Of a stretch of DNA of 64,000 nucleotides, positions 16,425 through 27,547 are shown one piece after another (the first letter of the stretch is position 1; each line of letters begins with the position of its first letter). A model generated the notes under the pieces. It ran no database searches. It was not told where the DNA came from and saw only the letters and a program-made list of their open reading frames with translations. The position numbers were made by a program, and so were the translations under genes. The DNA comes from Bacillota bacterium (GTDB lineage Bacteria > Bacillota > Clostridia > Christensenellales > UMGS416), in assembly GCA_023410875.1 (NCBI GenBank), contig JAEYPH010000036.1:11-64010 (forward strand), in the 5' to 3' direction.

Positions 16425-18074
16425 ATGCGCAGCGACACTGTAAAGACAGGCATGGCCCGGGCGCCCCACCGGTCGCTGTTCAAGGCCATGGGTTACACCG
16501 ATGAGGAGCTGGCGCGGCCGCTGGTGGCCGTCGTGCACGCCCACAGCGAGATCGTGCCCGGCCACATCCATCTGGACAAGATCGCCGAAGCCGCCGCCGC
16601 CGGCGTGCGCATGGCCGGCGGCACGCCGATCAAGTTCCCTGTTATCGGCGTGTGCGACGGCATCGCCATGGGCCATACAGGCATGCACTACTCACTGGCC
16701 TCCAGAGAATTGATCGCCGACAGCATCGAATCCATGGCGCTGGCCCACGGCTTTGACGCACTGGTGCTGGTGCCCAACTGCGACAAGATCGTGCCGGCCA
16801 TGCTGATGGCCGCAGCGCGGCTCAACATGCCCGCCGTCGTCGTGAGCGGCGGCCCCATGCTGGCTGGCCGGGGCAACCGGGATCTGAATTCGCTTTTTGA
16901 AGGCGTGGGCGCATGCGCCGCCGGCACGCTGAGCGAGGCCGGGCTGGCCGCGCTGGAGGATGACGCTTGCCCCGGCTGCGGCTCGTGCTCGGGCATGTTC
17001 ACCGCCAACAGCATGAACTGCCTGTGCGAGGCGCTGGGCATGGCGCTGCCGGGCAACGGCACGATACCGGCGGTGTACGCCGGGCGCATCCGCCTGGCCA
17101 AGCATGCTGGCATGGCCATCATGGGCCTGCTGGAGCGCGGTATCAGCGCCCGGCAGATTTTGAACGAAAGAGCCTTCGAGAATGCGCTGACCGTGGACAT
17201 GGCGCTGGGCTGCAGCAGCAATTCGGTGCTGCACCTGCTGGCCATTGCCCGCGAGGCCGGCGTGCCCATGGACCTGGATCGCATCACGGCGGTCAGCGCC
17301 CGCACGCCCAACCTGTGCCGCTTAAGCCCCGCCGGGCCCCACCACATCGAGGAGCTGGATGCCGCCGGCGGCGTGCCCCAGGTCATGAAGCGGCTGCTGG
17401 ACAGCGGCCTGCTGGACGGTGCCTGCCTGACTGCCACCGGCCAGACCGTGGCTGAGAACCTGAGCGCCGTGGCGGAGCGGCCCACCGAGGTCATCCGGCC
17501 CGTGGGCAACCCCCATTCGTTCACCGGCGGCATCGCCGTGCTGCGGGGCAACCTGGCCCCCGACGGCGCTGTGGTCAAGAAATCCGCCGTGGCGCCGGAG
17601 ATGATGCGCCACAGCGGCCCGGCCCGGGTGTTCGATGGCGAGGAGGCTGCCATTGCCGCGATCCTCAGCGGCGGCATCCACAAGGGCGACGTCGTTGTAA
17701 TCCGCTACGAAGGCCCAGCCGGCGGGCCTGGTATGCGCGAGATGCTGCAGCCCACGTCGGCGCTGGCCGGCGCGGGGCTGGACAAAAACGTAGCGCTGAT
17801 CACCGACGGGCGCTTCAGCGGAGCTACCCGCGGCGCGGCCATCGGCCACGTGTCGCCGGAGGCCATGGCCGGCGGGGCCATCGCGCTGGTGCTCGAGGGC
17901 GACCGCGTGGACATTGACATCGAAGCCGGATCGCTGCATCTAAACGTGGACGAGGCTGAGCTTGCCCGCCGCCGTGCCGCGTGGGCAGCGCCCGCCCCGC
18001 GGATCACCACGGGCTATCTGGCCCGGTACGCACGGATGGTATCCTCGGCCAGCACCGGTGCGGTGCTGCAATGA
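16425..18074 (+). CDS. ilvD: dihydroxy-acid dehydratase
   Basis: Start trimmed to [29 protein letters not shown]; [22 protein letters not shown] motifs. Confidence 0.96.
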   Translation: MRSDTVKTGMARAPHRSLFKAMGYTDEELARPLVAVVHAHSEIVPGHIHLDKIAEAAAAGVRMAGGTPIKFPVIGVCDGIAMGHTGMHYSLASRELIADSIESMALAHGFDALVLVPNCDKIVPAMLMAAARLNMPAVVVSGGPMLAGRGNRDLNSLFEGVGACAAGTLSEAGLAALEDDACPGCGSCSGMFTANSMNCLCEALGMALPGNGTIPAVYAGRIRLAKHAGMAIMGLLERGISARQILNERAFENALTVDMALGCSSNSVLHLLAIAREAGVPMDLDRITAVSARTPNLCRLSPAGPHHIEELDAAGGVPQVMKRLLDSGLLDGACLTATGQTVAENLSAVAERPTEVIRPVGNPHSFTGGIAVLRGNLAPDGAVVKKSAVAPEMMRHSGPARVFDGEEAAIAAILSGGIHKGDVVVIRYEGPAGGPGMREMLQPTSALAGAGLDKNVALITDGRFSGATRGAAIGHVSPEAMAGGAIALVLEGDRVDIDIEAGSLHLNVDEAELARRRAAWAAPAPRITTGYLARYARMVSSASTGAVLQ

Positions 18075-18102
18075 AACAACAAACAGGGAAGGGGGCGGCT
18101 GC

Positions 18103-19770
18103 ATGCTGCTGACCGGCTCACAGATTCTCATCGAATGCCTCAAGGAGCAGGGCGTGGACACGGTGTTCGGCTACCCCGGCGGCCAGATCATCAACTTCTA
18201 CGACGCGCTGTATACCGACGGCGCCATACGGCACATTCTGACCGCCCACGAGCAGGGCGCGTGTCACGCCGCCGACGGCTACGCCCGCTCCACCGGGCGC
18301 ACCGGCGTCGTGGTGGCCACGTCCGGCCCCGGGGCCACCAACCTGGTCACCGGACTTGCCACGGCGTTCATGGATTCCACGCCGCTGATTGCCATCACCG
18401 GCAACGTGCCCGTGCCGCTGCTGGGCCGCGACAGCTTTCAGGAGGTGGACATCGTGGGCATCACGATGCCCATCACCAAGCACAACTACCAGGTGCGCGA
18501 CATCGCCCGCCTGGCCGACACCGTGCGCGAGGCTTTCATCGTGGCGCGCTCCGGGCGGCCGGGGCCGGTGCTCATCGATGTGCCCAAGAACATCCAGGTG
18601 GCTCAGTATGAATTTGAGGCCCTTCGGCCTGCGACGCCGCAGCGACCGGAGCAGCCGGCTGCCGCTGACATCGACGCCATCGAGGCGCTGATCCGTGGGA
18701 GCCAAAGGCCCTTCGTGTTCGCCGGCGGCGGCGTCATCAAGGCCGGCGCGTCTGACGCGCTGGTGCGCTTCGCTGAGCGCATACAGGCCCCGGTGGCATG
18801 CAGCCTGATGGGCTTGGGCAGCATTCCCGGCGCGCACCCGCTGTTCACCGGCATGATCGGCATGCATGGCGCCAAGGCCAGCAACATGGGCGTGACCCAC
18901 TGCGACCTGCTGATCGTGCTGGGCGCGCGTTTCTCCGACCGCGTCATCGGCCGGGCGGACAGTTTCGCCCAGGGCGCCCACATCCTGCACATCGACATCG
19001 ACCCGGCGGAGCTCAACAAGAACATACAGTCCCGCCACGGCTTCATCGGCGATTTAGGGTCCATACTGGCCGAGCTGCTGGAGCGCCTGCCCCAAGCCAA
19101 CCGGACCGATTGGCTGGCCCAGATCGACACCTGGCGTGCCGAAGCGCCTCAGCCCTACGCGCCCAACGGCCTGCGCCCGCAGCACATCGTGGAGAGGCTG
19201 AGCGCGCTGGCTCCGGACGACGCTCTGGTGGCCACCGACGTGGGCCAGCACCAGATGTGGACGGCGCAGTTCTACCGCTTCCGCGGCCCGCGGACGTTCC
19301 TGACCTCCGGCGGCCTGGGCACCATGGGTTTCGGCCTGGGCGCGGCCATCGGGGCAAAGGTGGCCAACCCGCGCCGCCCCGTGATCCTGGTGACCGGCGA
19401 CGGCAGCTTCCGCATGAACATGAATGAACTCACGACCATTGCCCGCTATAAGCTGCCCGTGGTCATCGTGCTGATGAACAACCGCACGCTGGGCATGGTG
19501 CGCCAGTGGCAAACGCTGTTTTTCGACCGGCGCTATTCCCAGACCAACCTGACTGAGGACGTGGACTTCTGCAAGATCGCCGAAGCCTTCGGCATCCCCA
19601 GCTGGCGGTTGACCGATCGGGCCGATGTGGACCGGGCGCTGACGTGGGCGCTGGGCTGCGGCGGCGCGGCTCTCGTAGAGTGCGCCATAGACACCAACGA
19701 GAAGGTGCTGCCCATGGTAGCCCCGGGGGATTCCATCGACAGGTTGATCATGAGCGCGGATATCGACTGA
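18103..19770 (+). CDS. ilvB: acetolactate synthase large (catalytic) subunit
   Basis: Start trimmed to MLLTGSQILIECLKEQGVDTVFGYPGG; TPP-binding GDGSFRMNMNELTT. Confidence 0.95.
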   Translation: MLLTGSQILIECLKEQGVDTVFGYPGGQIINFYDALYTDGAIRHILTAHEQGACHAADGYARSTGRTGVVVATSGPGATNLVTGLATAFMDSTPLIAITGNVPVPLLGRDSFQEVDIVGITMPITKHNYQVRDIARLADTVREAFIVARSGRPGPVLIDVPKNIQVAQYEFEALRPATPQRPEQPAAADIDAIEALIRGSQRPFVFAGGGVIKAGASDALVRFAERIQAPVACSLMGLGSIPGAHPLFTGMIGMHGAKASNMGVTHCDLLIVLGARFSDRVIGRADSFAQGAHILHIDIDPAELNKNIQSRHGFIGDLGSILAELLERLPQANRTDWLAQIDTWRAEAPQPYAPNGLRPQHIVERLSALAPDDALVATDVGQHQMWTAQFYRFRGPRTFLTSGGLGTMGFGLGAAIGAKVANPRRPVILVTGDGSFRMNMNELTTIARYKLPVVIVLMNNRTLGMVRQWQTLFFDRRYSQTNLTEDVDFCKIAEAFGIPSWRLTDRADVDRALTWALGCGGAALVECAIDTNEKVLPMVAPGDSIDRLIMSADID

Positions 19771-19777
19771 TAAACGA

Positions 19778-19801
19778 CTGGCGGAGGGAGACCTCCGCCA
19801 G
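19778..19801 (+). terminator. hairpin after ilvB
   Basis: CTGGCGGAGG-GAGA-CCTCCGCCAG, 8 nt after the ilvB stop; poor T-tract. Confidence 0.45.
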
Positions 19802-19884
19802 AGCTTTGCATACAGGTTTGCCCTTAACTCTTCTTTTACCGTCGCGCGAACATGGATGCGGTTATTAGCCCTATATGCGTTCCT

Positions 19885-22332
19885 TCAGGTACATAAGGAG
19901 TTCTCGTCCGGGCTCTGGACTGCCATAAGGCTCGCATGAGCGCGGATGTCGCTTATGCAATCTGAAGGTCTTTTGCTTATGTTGCTTGGGTTCGGATTGA
20001 ACTTTTGGAGAAATAGCTTCTCGAAGACTGCTGCAGACATCGGCTTTCCGGTCAGATAACCCTGTACCTCGTCGCAGCTGTATTCGGCCAAGGTTTTGAA
20101 TTGATCTTCAAATTCCACTCCTTCTGCTATTACGCGAATGCCCAGCGCTTTGGCCATGGATATGATGGCCTTGACAATGTTGGCATCACGGTAGTCGTTG
20201 GCCAGGTTGTCCACCAACGGCTTGGCAATTTTGATGCGGTCGATGGCGAATTTCTTAAGATAACTCAAAGAGGAATACCCGGTGCCGAAATCATCGATGG
20301 AGATCGTAATACCCATTTCCGTGATGGCTCGGAACACTTCGTTGGCCTTGTCCGCTTCTTTCATGGCCGCGTTTTCTGTGATTTCGATATCCACCCATTC
20401 CGCCTGTACCTCGTATTCGGACATGGCGTTTAGCAGCCTCGCGGCAAACGAAACATTGGCCAACTGCAAGGATGATATATTGACACCGATTTTGATGGGT
20501 TGATCGTTAAGGCGGTTCCATTTGCTGGCTTGGCGGAGGGCGCTGTGGATAATCCAATCTCCCAACGGTACGATAAGGCCGGTTTCTTCAGCGATGGGGA
20601 TAAACTCATCCGGCGTGATCAGCCCAAGCTCGGGGTGGTGCCAGCGCAGCAACGCTTCCGCGCCGGTTACTTTTCTATCGGGAATTGTTACCTGCGGCTG
20701 ATAGACCAGCTCAAATTCTTTATCAAAATTTGACTTTTTCAGGCCTAATTCCAGGTTGTTTCTGCGGATGACCCTTTCATGGAGCAACGAGGAAAAATAG
20801 GCATGCTGGTTGATTCCTTGTTCTTTGGCATAGTACATTGCGATGTCGGCGTTTTTCATCAGGATGCCCCTGTCTTGGGCATCTGCAGGGTAGAACGTGA
20901 TGCCGATGCTCAAGGTTATGTTGAAGTCATAAGGATCGAGTTTGATTTGGGCCTCACAGCACTGATATATTTGCTTCACGATCTTTTCGGCTTGCCCTAC
21001 ATTGGAGCAACCGGGGAAGGCAAACACAAACTCGTCGCCGCCCAGCCGTGCCAGCAGAGTGCCTTCCGTTGCCACAGAACTCAAACGTCTGGCTATTTCA
21101 ATCAACACAGCATCGCCGGTATCATGTCCATATGTATCGTTGATGGCTTTAAAATGATCCAGATCGATGTAGAAGAGGGCAATCGTTTGACCATTTTTTG
21201 AGTTTTCAATCAAGCGACCCAATTCTGTGAGGAAGAATCTTCGATTGTACAATGGGGTAATGAAATCTTGCTTGGAGAGAAGATCCAACTCACAGTTTGC
21301 TGCTGTTAACTGCTGCGTTCTTTGGGCGACGCATTTCTCCAGAGTAGCGTTCGTGAGCCGTTCCGATGAAAGAAGAAGCTTGCTTTTTGCGGAGGATTCC
21401 AGAAAGCTGCTGATGACGTGATATGTGATCGCAATCAAGAGGATAAGCAGCACTTCACTAACCGCAATGTTACGGTCCAGCACAAGTAATATGACCGGAA
21501 CGGTCAACAGAAACCCGGTCTTGATGTTCTTGGCGTTGCTGTTCAATACATCCGTATTGTTATCAATAGGACCAGCAAGATCCGGCAGATGGAAGTTGTT
21601 GGATATGCACCCTGCGGCCAGAAGCAGAAATGCGCCAATATAGATGCCATCGACGATTGTGTTGGGAATATATTGACCGTTCAAGTATAAATACGCATAA
21701 ACCACATCGATCAGGCTGTAAACGAGGATACCGGCGCTGATCAGAATCCTGATTCGGCCAATGGACATCCATCGTAAAGATGCCAGCCAAATAATGATGG
21801 AGGAGATGGCAAACAGATCGCAAACTGCGTAGAACAGGATCATCAGCTTAGCAAGATCCGGATGATGCGTGACTGTGATGTGATTCCGAAAGAACAAAAG
21901 CCACAAGAGTATGGCTTCCATGCTTACCATGGCTAGAATATCGAGTATCAGCTGTGCGGTGCCCGCTTTGTTGCGATGGATGGTCACTGCCACCCCTGCA
22001 GAAATGGCGAAGAACAGATTGGGCAGGAGATAAAGGACCATGAACAGGTTTTCTTCATTGGGATCGGTGTGGAAAACGAGCTCATAGAGGATCCAGATCA
22101 TGTCAGAGATTAGCCATGTCAGGCTGGCCAACCCAAGCGAAATGTATACCCAGGATGCAAGATTTATTTTGTGATATCGTATAATGGCAGCCAGGATGCA
22201 GGCCAGGGTCAGTAAATTGCCGATTGGGGAAAGTATGTCTCCCCATAAAGTGGAATTTTGAATCAGTGCGATGATGTAGATGATGTAATAGAGAACGAGG
22301 ATTCCAATATGCAGAGTGTATCCCTTTTTCAA
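19885..22332 (-). CDS. membrane-bound GGDEF-EAL protein (diguanylate cyclase/phosphodiesterase) with polytopic N-terminal sensor domain
   Basis: About 8-10 predicted TM helices, coiled linker, GGDEF (RLGGDEFVFAF), EAL (EALLRWHHPELG ... DDFGTGYSSLSYL). The gene is clearly more A+T-rich than its flanks. Confidence 0.92.
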   Translation of the reverse strand: MKKGYTLHIGILVLYYIIYIIALIQNSTLWGDILSPIGNLLTLACILAAIIRYHKINLASWVYISLGLASLTWLISDMIWILYELVFHTDPNEENLFMVLYLLPNLFFAISAGVAVTIHRNKAGTAQLILDILAMVSMEAILLWLLFFRNHITVTHHPDLAKLMILFYAVCDLFAISSIIIWLASLRWMSIGRIRILISAGILVYSLIDVVYAYLYLNGQYIPNTIVDGIYIGAFLLLAAGCISNNFHLPDLAGPIDNNTDVLNSNAKNIKTGFLLTVPVILLVLDRNIAVSEVLLILLIAITYHVISSFLESSAKSKLLLSSERLTNATLEKCVAQRTQQLTAANCELDLLSKQDFITPLYNRRFFLTELGRLIENSKNGQTIALFYIDLDHFKAINDTYGHDTGDAVLIEIARRLSSVATEGTLLARLGGDEFVFAFPGCSNVGQAEKIVKQIYQCCEAQIKLDPYDFNITLSIGITFYPADAQDRGILMKNADIAMYYAKEQGINQHAYFSSLLHERVIRRNNLELGLKKSNFDKEFELVYQPQVTIPDRKVTGAEALLRWHHPELGLITPDEFIPIAEETGLIVPLGDWIIHSALRQASKWNRLNDQPIKIGVNISSLQLANVSFAARLLNAMSEYEVQAEWVDIEITENAAMKEADKANEVFRAITEMGITISIDDFGTGYSSLSYLKKFAIDRIKIAKPLVDNLANDYRDANIVKAIISMAKALGIRVIAEGVEFEDQFKTLAEYSCDEVQGYLTGKPMSAAVFEKLFLQKFNPNPSNISKRPSDCISDIRAHASLMAVQSPDENSLCT

Positions 22333-22412
22333 AATAAGGCACCTCTTTTCATATCAATTACGATATACCCATTTTTGCCCAACCTCTATCAAATGGTATA
22401 ATAAGAAAATGC

Positions 22413-22442
22413 TTGACAGATTTGAAAAAGCGGCACTATAAT
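22413..22442 (+). promoter_or_regulatory. sigma-A-type promoter of the his operon, TTGACA-18-TATAAT
   Basis: TTGACA 22413-22418, TATAAT 22437-22442, about 35 nt upstream of hisZ. The leader is too short for a T-box. Confidence 0.6.
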
Positions 22443-22477
22443 GTTTTAGAGTGGTAAAGTGATAAAGAAGAAAAGCG

Positions 22478-23698
22478 GTGAAGGCAATGACCCAAGGCAA
22501 GACCCACATCCCTCCCGGCACACAGGATTATCTGCCCCGCGAATGCGCCCACAAGCGCACGCTGGAGGCTTCGGCCCGGGCGCTGTTCCGCCGCTGGGGC
22601 TATGACGAAGTCGAGACGCCCTGCGTGGAATACCCCGAGGTGTTCCGCGGTGTCATCGGCGATTTCGAGCAGGAGAAGCTGTTCCAGTTCACCGACAGCA
22701 CAGGCAGGCTGCTGGCGCTGCGGCCGGATTTGACGATGCCCTTGGCCCGTCTGGCAGCTACCCGGCTGGCTGACCGGCCAGTGGCCCGTATGTTCTACGT
22801 GGGCAATGCCTTCCAGTTTGCCGCCCGCGACACCGCCGGTGCCCGGGAATTCACGCAGATCGGCGTGGAACTGATGGGCCAGAGCGGCCCGCTGGCCGAC
22901 GCCGAGGTGCTGGCGCTGGCCATCGAATCCCTGAAGGCTGCGGGCCTCAAGGACTTTCTGTTGGACATCGGACAAGTAGAGTTTTTCAAGGGCCTCATGG
23001 AGGAGGCCGGGCTCACGGTGGCCCAGGCCGAGGAGGCGCGGGCCCACGTGGAGGACAAGAACCTGTTGGCCCTGGAGCTGCTGATGCAGAAAGCACGGGT
23101 GCCCGGCGAGCTGCGCAACCGCATCATGGACCTGCCTGCGCTGTATGGCGGGCCGGAGGTGCTGGACGAGGCCGAGCGCTACACGTTGAACCCCCGCAGC
23201 CGGGCGGCCGTGGCAAGCTTGCGGTGTACGCTGGAGGCCCTGAGCCAATACGGCCTGGAGGATTATGTGAGCCTGGACCTGGGCATGGTGCAGAGTATCC
23301 ACTACTATTCCGGCGTGATCTTCCGGGGCATCTCCCGCTATCTGGGCTATCCGCTGCTGACCGGCGGCCGCTATGACGGCCTGGTCGGCGAATTTGGCCG
23401 GGACCTGCCGGCCACGGGCTTTGCCTTCTCGGTGAAGCCCGTGCTGGTGGCGCTGGAGCGCCAGGGTGGCCTGGCGGATTGCCGTACTGTGGACGCCGTG
23501 GTGGCTTTGGGCGAGGAAGACCTCGCAGCGGCTTTGCGTGCCGTGGCGGCGCTGCGGGCCCAGGGGCTGTCGGTGGAACAATACTATGGCGCACCGCAGG
23601 CGCTGGAGGCTTATGCCCGCGGCCGCGGCGCGGCCCAGGCGCTGCGCTGGAGCGCCGGCGCGCTGCAGCCGGTGTGGCGCCGGGAGGGTGAGCAATGA
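22478..23698 (+). CDS. hisZ: ATP phosphoribosyltransferase regulatory subunit
   Basis: HisRS-like paralog (GTQDYLPRE, LRPDLTMPLAR) directly upstream of, and overlapping, a short-form hisG. Confidence 0.9.
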   Translation: MKAMTQGKTHIPPGTQDYLPRECAHKRTLEASARALFRRWGYDEVETPCVEYPEVFRGVIGDFEQEKLFQFTDSTGRLLALRPDLTMPLARLAATRLADRPVARMFYVGNAFQFAARDTAGAREFTQIGVELMGQSGPLADAEVLALAIESLKAAGLKDFLLDIGQVEFFKGLMEEAGLTVAQAEEARAHVEDKNLLALELLMQKARVPGELRNRIMDLPALYGGPEVLDEAERYTLNPRSRAAVASLRCTLEALSQYGLEDYVSLDLGMVQSIHYYSGVIFRGISRYLGYPLLTGGRYDGLVGEFGRDLPATGFAFSVKPVLVALERQGGLADCRTVDAVVALGEEDLAAALRAVAALRAQGLSVEQYYGAPQALEAYARGRGAAQALRWSAGALQPVWRREGEQ

Positions 23699-24342
23699 AT
23701 ACATTGACGATCGCGCTGGCCAAGGGCCGGCTGGCCGAACAGGCCGTGGAGCTGCTGGGCCACTGCGGCGTGGATTGCCGTGCCTATTACGATTCCGGCC
23801 GCAAGCTGGTCATGGAGGATGAGGCCGGAACCACGCGTTTTCTGCTGGTCAAGCCCAGCGACGTGCCGGTGTATGTGGAGCGGGGCGCGGCGGACATCGG
23901 CGTTGTGGGCAAGGACACGCTGCTGGAGAGCGGCTGCGCCGTGTATGAGATGCTGGACCTCGGCTTTGGCCGCTGCCGGTTGTGCGTGGCCGGCTTCCCC
24001 TCGGAGCGAGAGCTGCCCGTTACGGCGGTCAACCTGCGGGTGGCCACCAAATACCCGGCCATCGCGGCCAGCTTCTTTGGAGCCAAGGGCATTCCCATCG
24101 ACATCATCAAGCTCAACGGTTCCGTGGAGCTGGGGCCGCTGGTGGGCTTAAGCGACGTGATACTGGATATCGTAGAGAGCGGCCGCACGCTACGGGAGAA
24201 CGGCCTGGAGGTGCTGGAGGAGATTTGCCAGAGCAGCGCCCGGCTCATCGTGAACCGCGTGAGCCTGAAGACCAAGGCCGACCGCATCAAGCCGCTGCTG
24301 GGCGCGATGCGCACGCAACTGGAGGAGGGAGCGAAATGCTGA
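23695..24342 (+). CDS. hisG: ATP phosphoribosyltransferase, short form
   Basis: MNTLTIALAKGRLAEQAVELL..., 215 aa without the C-terminal regulatory domain. Confidence 0.95.
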   Translation: MNTLTIALAKGRLAEQAVELLGHCGVDCRAYYDSGRKLVMEDEAGTTRFLLVKPSDVPVYVERGAADIGVVGKDTLLESGCAVYEMLDLGFGRCRLCVAGFPSERELPVTAVNLRVATKYPAIAASFFGAKGIPIDIIKLNGSVELGPLVGLSDVILDIVESGRTLRENGLEVLEEICQSSARLIVNRVSLKTKADRIKPLLGAMRTQLEEGAKC

Positions 24343-25625
24343 CCATCACCGACCTGACCGCCGGCGGCAAGGCGGACTTTCTGCGGAAGCTGGCCGACCG
24401 CGAGCGGGGCATTCCCTCCGATGTGCGTGACACCGTGGCGGCCATTGTGGCCGATGTGCGCGCCCGCGGCGACGCCGCCGTGCTGGAATACACGGCCCGT
24501 TTCGACGGCGTGACCCTGAGTGCAGACACCATGATGGTCACACAGGCCGAGATCGACGCCGCCTATGCCAGCATGCCCAAGGATGTGCTGGCCGCCATGG
24601 AGCGCGCCGCGCAGAACATCGCTGCCTTCCACCGCCGCCAGGTGCAGCAAAGCTGGCTGGACATGTCCGAGGGCAAGGCGCTGGGGCAGAAGGTCACGCC
24701 GCTGGGCCGCGCCGCTGTGTATGTGCCCGGCGGCCGGGCGGCCTATCCCTCCAGCGTGCTGATGAACGCGATACCGGCCAGGGTGGCCGGCGTGGGCGAG
24801 ATCATCATGGCCACGCCGCCTATGGCCGATGGCTCGGTGTACGCCAACACGCTAGCCGCCGCCAAGATCGCCGGCGTGGATTGCATCTACAAAATGGGCG
24901 GCGCCCAGGCCATCGCCGCGCTGGCCTTCGGCACCGCCACGGTGCCCCGGGTAGATAAAATCGTGGGCCCCGGCAACATCTACGTGGCCGCTGCCAAGCG
25001 CGAGGTGTTCGGCTTCTGCGGCATCGACAGCATCGCCGGGCCCAGCGAGGTGTGCGTCGTGGCCGACGGTGGCGCGGACCCGCGCTTCGTGGCCGCTGAT
25101 CTGCTGGCCCAGGCCGAGCACGACCCCATGGCCAGCGCCACGCTGATCACCGACGACGCCGCGTTGGCCGCTGCCGTGGCCGCGGAGCTGGAGAGGCAAC
25201 TGGCAGGGCTTGCCCGCCGGGATATCGCCGGGCAGTCGCTGCGCGATTACGGGGCGATCCTGCTGGCGCCCAGCATTGCCGACGCGCTGGAACTGGCCAA
25301 CGAGCTGGCCCCAGAGCACCTGGAGCTGCTGGTGCGCGAACCCATGGCGGCGCTGGGGGCCGTGCGCAACGCCGGGGCCATCTTCCTGGGCTCGTGGTGC
25401 CCGGAACCGCTGGGCGATTACATGGCTGGGCCCAACCACGTGCTGCCCACCAGCGGCACGGCGCGGTTCTTTTCGCCGCTGTCGGTGGACGACTTCGTCA
25501 AGAAATCCAGCGTGCTCTATTATACGCAAGACGCGCTGCGGGCTGTGTGCGACGACATCGTGGCCTTTGCCGCAAGCGAGGGCCTGACCGGCCACGCGGC
25601 CTCGGCGGCCATACGCTTTGAATAG
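24336..25625 (+). CDS. hisD: histidinol dehydrogenase
   Basis: Start trimmed to MLTITDL (ATG 24336, overlaps the hisG end). GPGNIYVAAAKREV, AQAEHDP, PEHLEL motifs. Confidence 0.95.
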   Translation: MLTITDLTAGGKADFLRKLADRERGIPSDVRDTVAAIVADVRARGDAAVLEYTARFDGVTLSADTMMVTQAEIDAAYASMPKDVLAAMERAAQNIAAFHRRQVQQSWLDMSEGKALGQKVTPLGRAAVYVPGGRAAYPSSVLMNAIPARVAGVGEIIMATPPMADGSVYANTLAAAKIAGVDCIYKMGGAQAIAALAFGTATVPRVDKIVGPGNIYVAAAKREVFGFCGIDSIAGPSEVCVVADGGADPRFVAADLLAQAEHDPMASATLITDDAALAAAVAAELERQLAGLARRDIAGQSLRDYGAILLAPSIADALELANELAPEHLELLVREPMAALGAVRNAGAIFLGSWCPEPLGDYMAGPNHVLPTSGTARFFSPLSVDDFVKKSSVLYYTQDALRAVCDDIVAFAASEGLTGHAASAAIRFE

Positions 25626-25638
25626 GGGAGGGAACGCC

Positions 25639-26223
25639 ATGCGACAGGCAACCATCGAGCGCAAGACGGCGGAGACCAATGTCGCCGTCACGATCAATCT
25701 GGACGGCACGGGCAAGGCCGACATCGCTACGGGCATCGGCTTTTTCGACCACATGCTGACGCTGCTGGCCCGCCACGGCAAGCTGGACCTCGTTGTGAGA
25801 GCCCAGGGCGATCTGAACGTGGACAGTCACCACACCGTGGAGGACGTGGGCCTTGCGATGGGCCAGGCGCTGCGGGAGGCGCTGGGCGTCAAGGTCGGCA
25901 TCCGCCGCTATGGCACCTTTTATCTGCCCATGGACGAGACATTGGTGCTGGTGTCGCTGGACCTGAGCGACCGGCCCTTTCTGGTATACGATGCTCCCAT
26001 CGCCCACGTGACGCTGGGCAGCTTCGAGACCGAGACCGCCGAGGAGTTCTTCCGGGCGCTGGCCTTTTCCACCGGCATCACGCTGCACATGAAGGTGCTG
26101 TATGGCTCCAACACCCACCACATGCTGGAGGCGCTGTACAAGGGCCTGGGGCAGGCGCTGCGGCAAGCCGTTGAGGCAGACCCGCGGGAGAGCGGCGTCC
26201 CCTCCACCAAGGGGGTGCTGTGA
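25639..26223 (+). CDS. hisB: imidazoleglycerol-phosphate dehydratase
   Basis: MRQATIERKTAETNVAVTINLDG...GIGFFDHML...HHTVEDVG; monofunctional length. Confidence 0.95.
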   Translation: MRQATIERKTAETNVAVTINLDGTGKADIATGIGFFDHMLTLLARHGKLDLVVRAQGDLNVDSHHTVEDVGLAMGQALREALGVKVGIRRYGTFYLPMDETLVLVSLDLSDRPFLVYDAPIAHVTLGSFETETAEEFFRALAFSTGITLHMKVLYGSNTHHMLEALYKGLGQALRQAVEADPRESGVPSTKGVL

Positions 26224-26831
26224 TGCGGCGCGTGGCGATTATCGATTACGGCATGGGCAACCTGCGCAGCGTGCAGAAGGCCTTTGAGCACCTGGGATTT
26301 CTGGCCGATGTCACCGACGACGCCGAGGTGCTAAAGCGCGCCGACGGTGCGGTGCTGCCCGGTGTGGGGGCCTTTGCCGACTGCATGGCCAACCTGACCG
26401 AGACCGGCCTGATCCCCCACATCGGTGATTTCGTGGCGTCGGGGCGGCCCTTTCTGGGCATCTGCCTGGGGATGCAACTCCTGTTCGACAGCAGCACCGA
26501 GGGCGGTGTGCATACAGGCCTGGGCCTGCTGGCAGGCCAGGTCGTGGAGCTGCCGGCGGACCGCAAGATCCCCCACATGGGCTGGAACAACCTCCAGGTG
26601 CTGCGGGAGCAGCCGTTGTTTGTGGGGCTGCCAGAGGAAGCCTATGTGTACTTCGTGCATTCCTTCCATGCCCAGCCGGCGGACCCGTCGGTCATAGCCG
26701 CGACGACCGATTACGGCATCCCCGTGACGGCGGCGGTGCAGCAGGGTAATCTGTACGCCACGCAGTTCCACCCGGAGAAGAGCGGCGACGTGGGCCTGCA
26801 CATCCTGCGCAACTTTGGAGGGCTGCTATGA
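26220..26831 (+). CDS. hisH: imidazole glycerol phosphate synthase, glutaminase subunit
   Basis: IIDYGMGNLRSV, GICLGMQLL, QFHPEKS. Confidence 0.95.
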   Translation: MMRRVAIIDYGMGNLRSVQKAFEHLGFLADVTDDAEVLKRADGAVLPGVGAFADCMANLTETGLIPHIGDFVASGRPFLGICLGMQLLFDSSTEGGVHTGLGLLAGQVVELPADRKIPHMGWNNLQVLREQPLFVGLPEEAYVYFVHSFHAQPADPSVIAATTDYGIPVTAAVQQGNLYATQFHPEKSGDVGLHILRNFGGLL

Positions 26832-27547
26832 TCGTCTATCCCGCCATCGACCTGAAAGGCGGCCAGTGCGTGCGCTTGAAGCAGGGCGACATGGCCCAGG
26901 CCACCGTATACGGTGACGACCCCGCCGCCGTGGCCGCCGAATTCCAGCGCCAGGGCGCCCGCTGGCTGCACGTGGTGGACTTGGACGGCGCCTTTGCCGG
27001 CGAAAGCCGCAACCGGGAGGCCATCGCCGCGATCCTGGCGGCGGTGAACATGCCGGTGCAGCTGGGCGGCGGCATCCGCCATATGGCGGCGCTGGAGGCG
27101 CTGCTCAGCATGGGCGTGCGCCGCGCGATACTGGGCACGGCGGCGCTGAGGGACACCGCCTTTTTGCGGCAGGCCGTGGAAACCTTCGGCCCCCGCGTGG
27201 CCGTGGGCATCGATGCCCGCGATGGCCGCGTGGCCGTGCAGGGCTGGGCGGAGGTCTCGGACATGACCGCCGTGGAACTGGCCCGCCGCGTGGCCGATGT
27301 GGGAGTTCAGACCATCATCTACACCGACATCGCCCGCGACGGCATGCTGAGCGGCCCCAACTTTGACGCCACGGCGGCGCTCATCACCTCCGGCGGGCCG
27401 GATGTCATCGTGTCCGGTGGCGTCGCCAGCCTGGATCACGTGCGCCGCGCCGAGGCCATCGGGGCCGCCGGCATCATCATCGGCCGGGCGCTGTACACCG
27501 GCGACATCCGCCTTTGCGATTTGGGTCTGGGAGGAGAAGCATGCTAA
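26828..27547 (+). CDS. hisA: ProFAR isomerase
   Basis: [21 protein letters not shown]... Confidence 0.95.
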   Translation: MIVYPAIDLKGGQCVRLKQGDMAQATVYGDDPAAVAAEFQRQGARWLHVVDLDGAFAGESRNREAIAAILAAVNMPVQLGGGIRHMAALEALLSMGVRRAILGTAALRDTAFLRQAVETFGPRVAVGIDARDGRVAVQGWAEVSDMTAVELARRVADVGVQTIIYTDIARDGMLSGPNFDATAALITSGGPDVIVSGGVASLDHVRRAEAIGAAGIIIGRALYTGDIRLCDLGLGGEAC

